NCBI RefSeq assembly: GCF_024521635.1
Contig: NW_026250403.1
Location: forward strand, 2,294,001 to 2,358,000
DNA from: Tricharina praecox
Taxonomy: Eukaryota
Length of the DNA stretch: 64,000 nt
Reading direction: 5' to 3'
Shown: positions 60,601 through 64,000 of the stretch, one piece after another
Layout: every line of letters begins with the position of its first letter
Position numbering within the stretch: position 1 is the stretch's first letter
Program-made: the position numbers and the translations under genes
The notes under the pieces: generated by a model
Database searches by the model: none
The model's input: the letters and a program-made list of their open reading frames with translations, nothing else
What the model was told of the DNA's origin: nothing

Positions 60601-61647
60601 CAATCAGTCACGCTGACTGCTCTAGAATTCTGAGACGAAGCAGCCGTCCGAAACCGCTGAGCTGTTTCCTGGTCGACCACGTATTCCGGATATGGAGGAT
60701 CGACTAGAGGCGGAGTTGTCGGCCGCTTGCTCTCCGGCAGCTCTTGGGGTATGCATTTCAGTAGAGCATTTGCGTCGGCTACAACTTGGCCTAGGTCCGA
60801 GGGATCATTCCCGAGCCGGTGCCCCCCAGCTAACGTGCTCCTGATACCCGAATCCGATGCTGCTGGGGAGATTGGACCTAGAATTCCAGCCTTGGAAGAG
60901 GATGCAAAACTAGGACTGCGGCTTTTGTCTGGGTCGAATAAAGTTGCATCGGTGTCTATGCTTCCCCGCGGTAGACTTGGCCCTGGAGGCGATGGCATCG
61001 AAGAGGAGGAATCATCGTCGCTCGCGGATGGAGTTTCCGGTTCATATGTTATCTGCTCACGTTCGAGGTCTTGGAGCCGATGCGGTGACAGGGCTATGTC
61101 GAGCCTCTGCTGGATGTTCAACAGAGTGGCGCTGTTCGATACATGATCAGCATACGAAGCAGTCGCTCGGAAAGGAGACTGACTTTCCCATGGCCGACAT
61201 GGTCAACGAGAGAGTGCACGTATGCGCCATGATGCGTGCTCGGTAGCCCTCGATCTGGCTCTGGTGATATGCCCACTTTATCCGCTTGATAAGTTGCAAA
61301 GAGCCACTTCTCCTGAAATTGTAGAAGCCGACGGTGAGCCGTTCGAGTGACTTCAGCGTTTCCCAACAACCTTCGATTCCACTCTGCAGTGTCGCTTGGC
61401 GTTCTGCGGATGCTTTATCCAAGAAAGCATTGTCGGCCTCCACATTTGCCCGGAGCAACCGCAAAGTTCCCTGGAGTGACTGAAGCTCGTTTACGAGTTG
61501 CCTGAAGGAGTCCGGAGCTTCGTATGCGACCAACTTGTTTCCGCATCAGCGGAGGACTCGTATGCGAGGGTTGATTTCACCTACCAGGCAGTCGTGATAC
61601 AGCTTCCAACTCAAGGACACGATTGCGATGATATCGGTGGGTCCCAT
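57655..61647 (-). CDS. Large multi-exon protein with fungal STAND N-terminal (HeLo-like) domain and an uncharacterised C-terminal region; no P-loop seen
   Basis: MGPTDIIAIVSLSWKLYHDCLLVAYEAPDSFRQLVNELQSLQGTLRLL..RIKW..IEGYRARIMAHTCTLSL. About 16 exons traced in frame to ..KEKFAEASGLVCP*; one intron (60504-60569) needs a GC donor. Confidence 0.75.
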
Positions 61648-62655
61648 GGCCATTGTGACTATTTCTTCCCCGAGCATGGGCCGGGGGTACTTGTGGGAAA
61701 TTCAGGAAGCGATTCTCGTAGAGGCCGAAAGGCGAGTTTTTGAGGCCGTTGCAGATCTATCGGACGCCAAAGAGGGTGAAGCCGTCAACCATGCAGTGGC
61801 GGCAGGAACCGATCCAGGTCGGAGGGGAAAAGCTACTCTACATATGACCGAGTCTGCCTTAGACGGTGTTTGGGAAGAGTGGTGGGGTAGGATCTGCATC
61901 CCGGCAGCGGGAGCCAATTGCCTTGGACAGTCATGCAGGTTGTGCTACACCACGATGGCTGAGCGTGTGGTTGGGGTCGTGCAGCTGTCGGAGAGGATAT
62001 GCAGCTGTCGGAGAGGATAGTCGGTTCCCCATGGGCAGATGGAATCAAGGCAGATGGAATCAAGGCGGACCGAAGCGAGAGCGGGGAATATGCTACATGC
62101 TAGCCACTTATATACACACATACGCATTCCACACAACTCTATCCCACAACTGCATTCGCAATAGCCCAGCATAAAAAACAAAACACAGTTGAAGTGTGCA
62201 GTGAGAAAGCGGCACTAGGTCCGAAGTGGGTGCCTGGAAGTCGAATAGAGTTACAATGAGCGAATTTCGCACCGCTGAGAAACCAGAACACGGGATTCTC
62301 ATGTTCAACGAGCAAGGCTCCTCTCGAGCCTGCCGCAAGTCCAGTGCGCAGCCGTTCGGTTTCGCAGCTGCAACATGCCGTGATACCTCCCAAGAAATCG
62401 GCATACTCGCAGCGGTTAGAAGAGTGCCCCCCCGAGTTGCACGATGTGCGCAGCGGCATGCTCGCTGTCAGCCCAAATTCCAGAGTCGCTCCTGGTCACC
62501 CCCCGCCCCCGCGGAAGGGTTGCCAGAATAATTATTACTGCAAGCACAAGCAATGCCCCTCGATTCCCCCTCCCGTTCTGATCGTATATATTAAAGGGCA
62601 TCGCGCCCCCTTCCATCAGCGATGATCTCAAAGCCCGGACGACACGCTTGCGCAA

Positions 62656-64000
62656 ATGGACTCCACCGACAAGGAAGCGTTTCCTCTCCCATCCGTCACG
62701 TCTGAGCCCGAACGCGACTTCGAGCTCGATAGGATTCTCTCGGATAACTGCAGCCAGAATGAATTCGGAGTGCTCTCCAATCCGCTCCTCAATCTGGACC
62801 GCCCGAAATTGCGCGAGTTGGGGGAGGCCTTCGCTGCACGATACGGGCTTCCTGCGAGCGAGCGGGCTCGGTTTGCGGACGCGGCAATATTGGCCCAGGA
62901 CAACGAGGCCTGGCGGAGACCAGACGAACACCTTCAACTCCTTCCCGAGGACGCAAACGCACTTGATCGAGAGAAGACTCATAGGTGGCACCAGCCTCGA
63001 AAGCTATGGTCCCTGATCATCGTGTGTGCCACATCTGCTGCAGTGCAGGGTTGGGACCAGTGAGAACTTTACTTCCCCACATTCAGCCCTGCGAATACTA
63101 CTAACCGACGTCGGATCAAGGTCCGCAATCAATGGAGGTAAGCAGACTGCACATCTGCGCCCGCTCCCCAATGCCGAACTGACGTGGGGAAAACAAAAAA
63201 GCCAATGTCCTGTTCAAGACCGCCTTCGGACTGGACGATAGACGTGATATTTTCGGTGAGTTGTGGTCTCACACTCGACGCTAGTTGATGCCGTACCCAA
63301 CAACTCATGCATCCCGTCAAGGCCTGGTCAGCAGCGCACCGCTTTTGTGCTGCTTCTTTAGCTGTCTGCTGCTCACAAATCCCATGAACCACTTTCTGGG
63401 TCGGCGGGGGACAATCTTCGTCACCTGCCTCATATCGTCTCTGAGCTGCCTGGGCCAGAGCTTTACGCGGAGCTGGCAGTCAATGTTCATTCTGCGTTTG
63501 GTGCTCGGTATGGCTTCCGACTAACCACCCATTGTAGCTCCAATCTGACAGAACATAGGCCTGGGTATTGGACCAAAGAGCGCAACAGTGCCGGTTTACG
63601 CCGCCGAAACAGCTCCCAGTTCGATCCGAGGAGCACTGGTCATGCAGTGGCAAATGTTTACAGCTTTCGGGATCTTTCTGGGTACACTGATGGGAAGAGT
63701 ATTCTACGATGTGGGAAATGTCGATTCCAACGAGGTTTGCACAGAGGCACTCAAGAATAAGGTGTTTGCAACGCTTTTGAGCACGGAATGCGTATGGGCC
63801 CATGCACTGCATCTTGCTACAGTACTTCACTGACACCGGACCCAGAGCCTCCGTTGGCGTTTGATGATCGGCAGTCCTATGGTTCTCCCGCTTGTCGTAT
63901 GTGTGCATGTGTGGTTCGTTCCGGAGTCACCACGGTATATATGGCCCAGTATTGGAGTTGGAGCAAGAGCAGCTTCCTAACCGGAACAGATGGTACATGA
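62656..64000 (+). CDS. MFS sugar porter, myo-inositol/polyol-transporter-like (3' end outside window)
   Basis: Spliced motifs AAVQGWDQSAINGAN, GLVSSAP, PMNHFLGRRG, GLGIGPKSATVPVYAAETAP..RGALVMQWQMFTAFGI, WRLMIGS and PESPR; 17-nt microexon at 63121-63137. Confidence 0.9.

Noticed and set aside
57655..61647. Premature stops suggesting a pseudogene or A-to-I editing-dependent readthrough
   Set aside because: Every stop falls inside a plausible intron once the exons are traced; no in-exon TAG remained.
61980..62065. Adjacent 20-bp and 15-bp tandem duplications between the HeLo-like gene and the porter (also a 19-bp duplication at 41165-41202)
   Set aside because: Two-copy slippage duplications are common throughout this window's intergenic DNA; nothing indicates function.

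Overview
Eukaryotic, intron-rich DNA from a filamentous ascomycete. A Pezizomycete-like origin is my inference from gene families and intron style. I traced about 19 protein-coding genes: the 3' end of CDC45, a hypothetical membrane protein, a DHA2-type MFS transporter, a secreted Cys-repeat protein, a GH5 beta-mannanase, an F-box-like/ankyrin protein, a single-pass membrane protein behind a ~10 kb microsatellite-rich gene desert, a histidine-phosphatase (PGM-family) protein, a mitochondrial carnitine carrier, a multi-exon membrane protein, an EGF-containing tandem beta-propeller phytase, a signal-peptide DJ-1/PfpI enzyme, a PCI-domain protein, ALG1, an MSC2-like CDF zinc transporter, two orphans, a secreted 5'-nucleotidase, a large multi-exon protein with a HeLo-like N-terminus but no visible NACHT/NB-ARC domain, and the 5' part of a sugar/inositol porter. 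Three nearly identical intron-containing tRNA-Tyr(GTA) genes alternate with three consecutive protein genes. There is no intact transposon, rRNA or CRISPR array. The best leads are the non-NLR HeLo-like protein (with a GC-AG intron), the tRNA-Tyr-punctuated gene run, the secreted Cys-repeat protein, a long imperfect inverted repeat upstream of the mannanase, and the secreted isocyanide-hydratase-like enzyme. All family calls are by motif recognition, without database searches.
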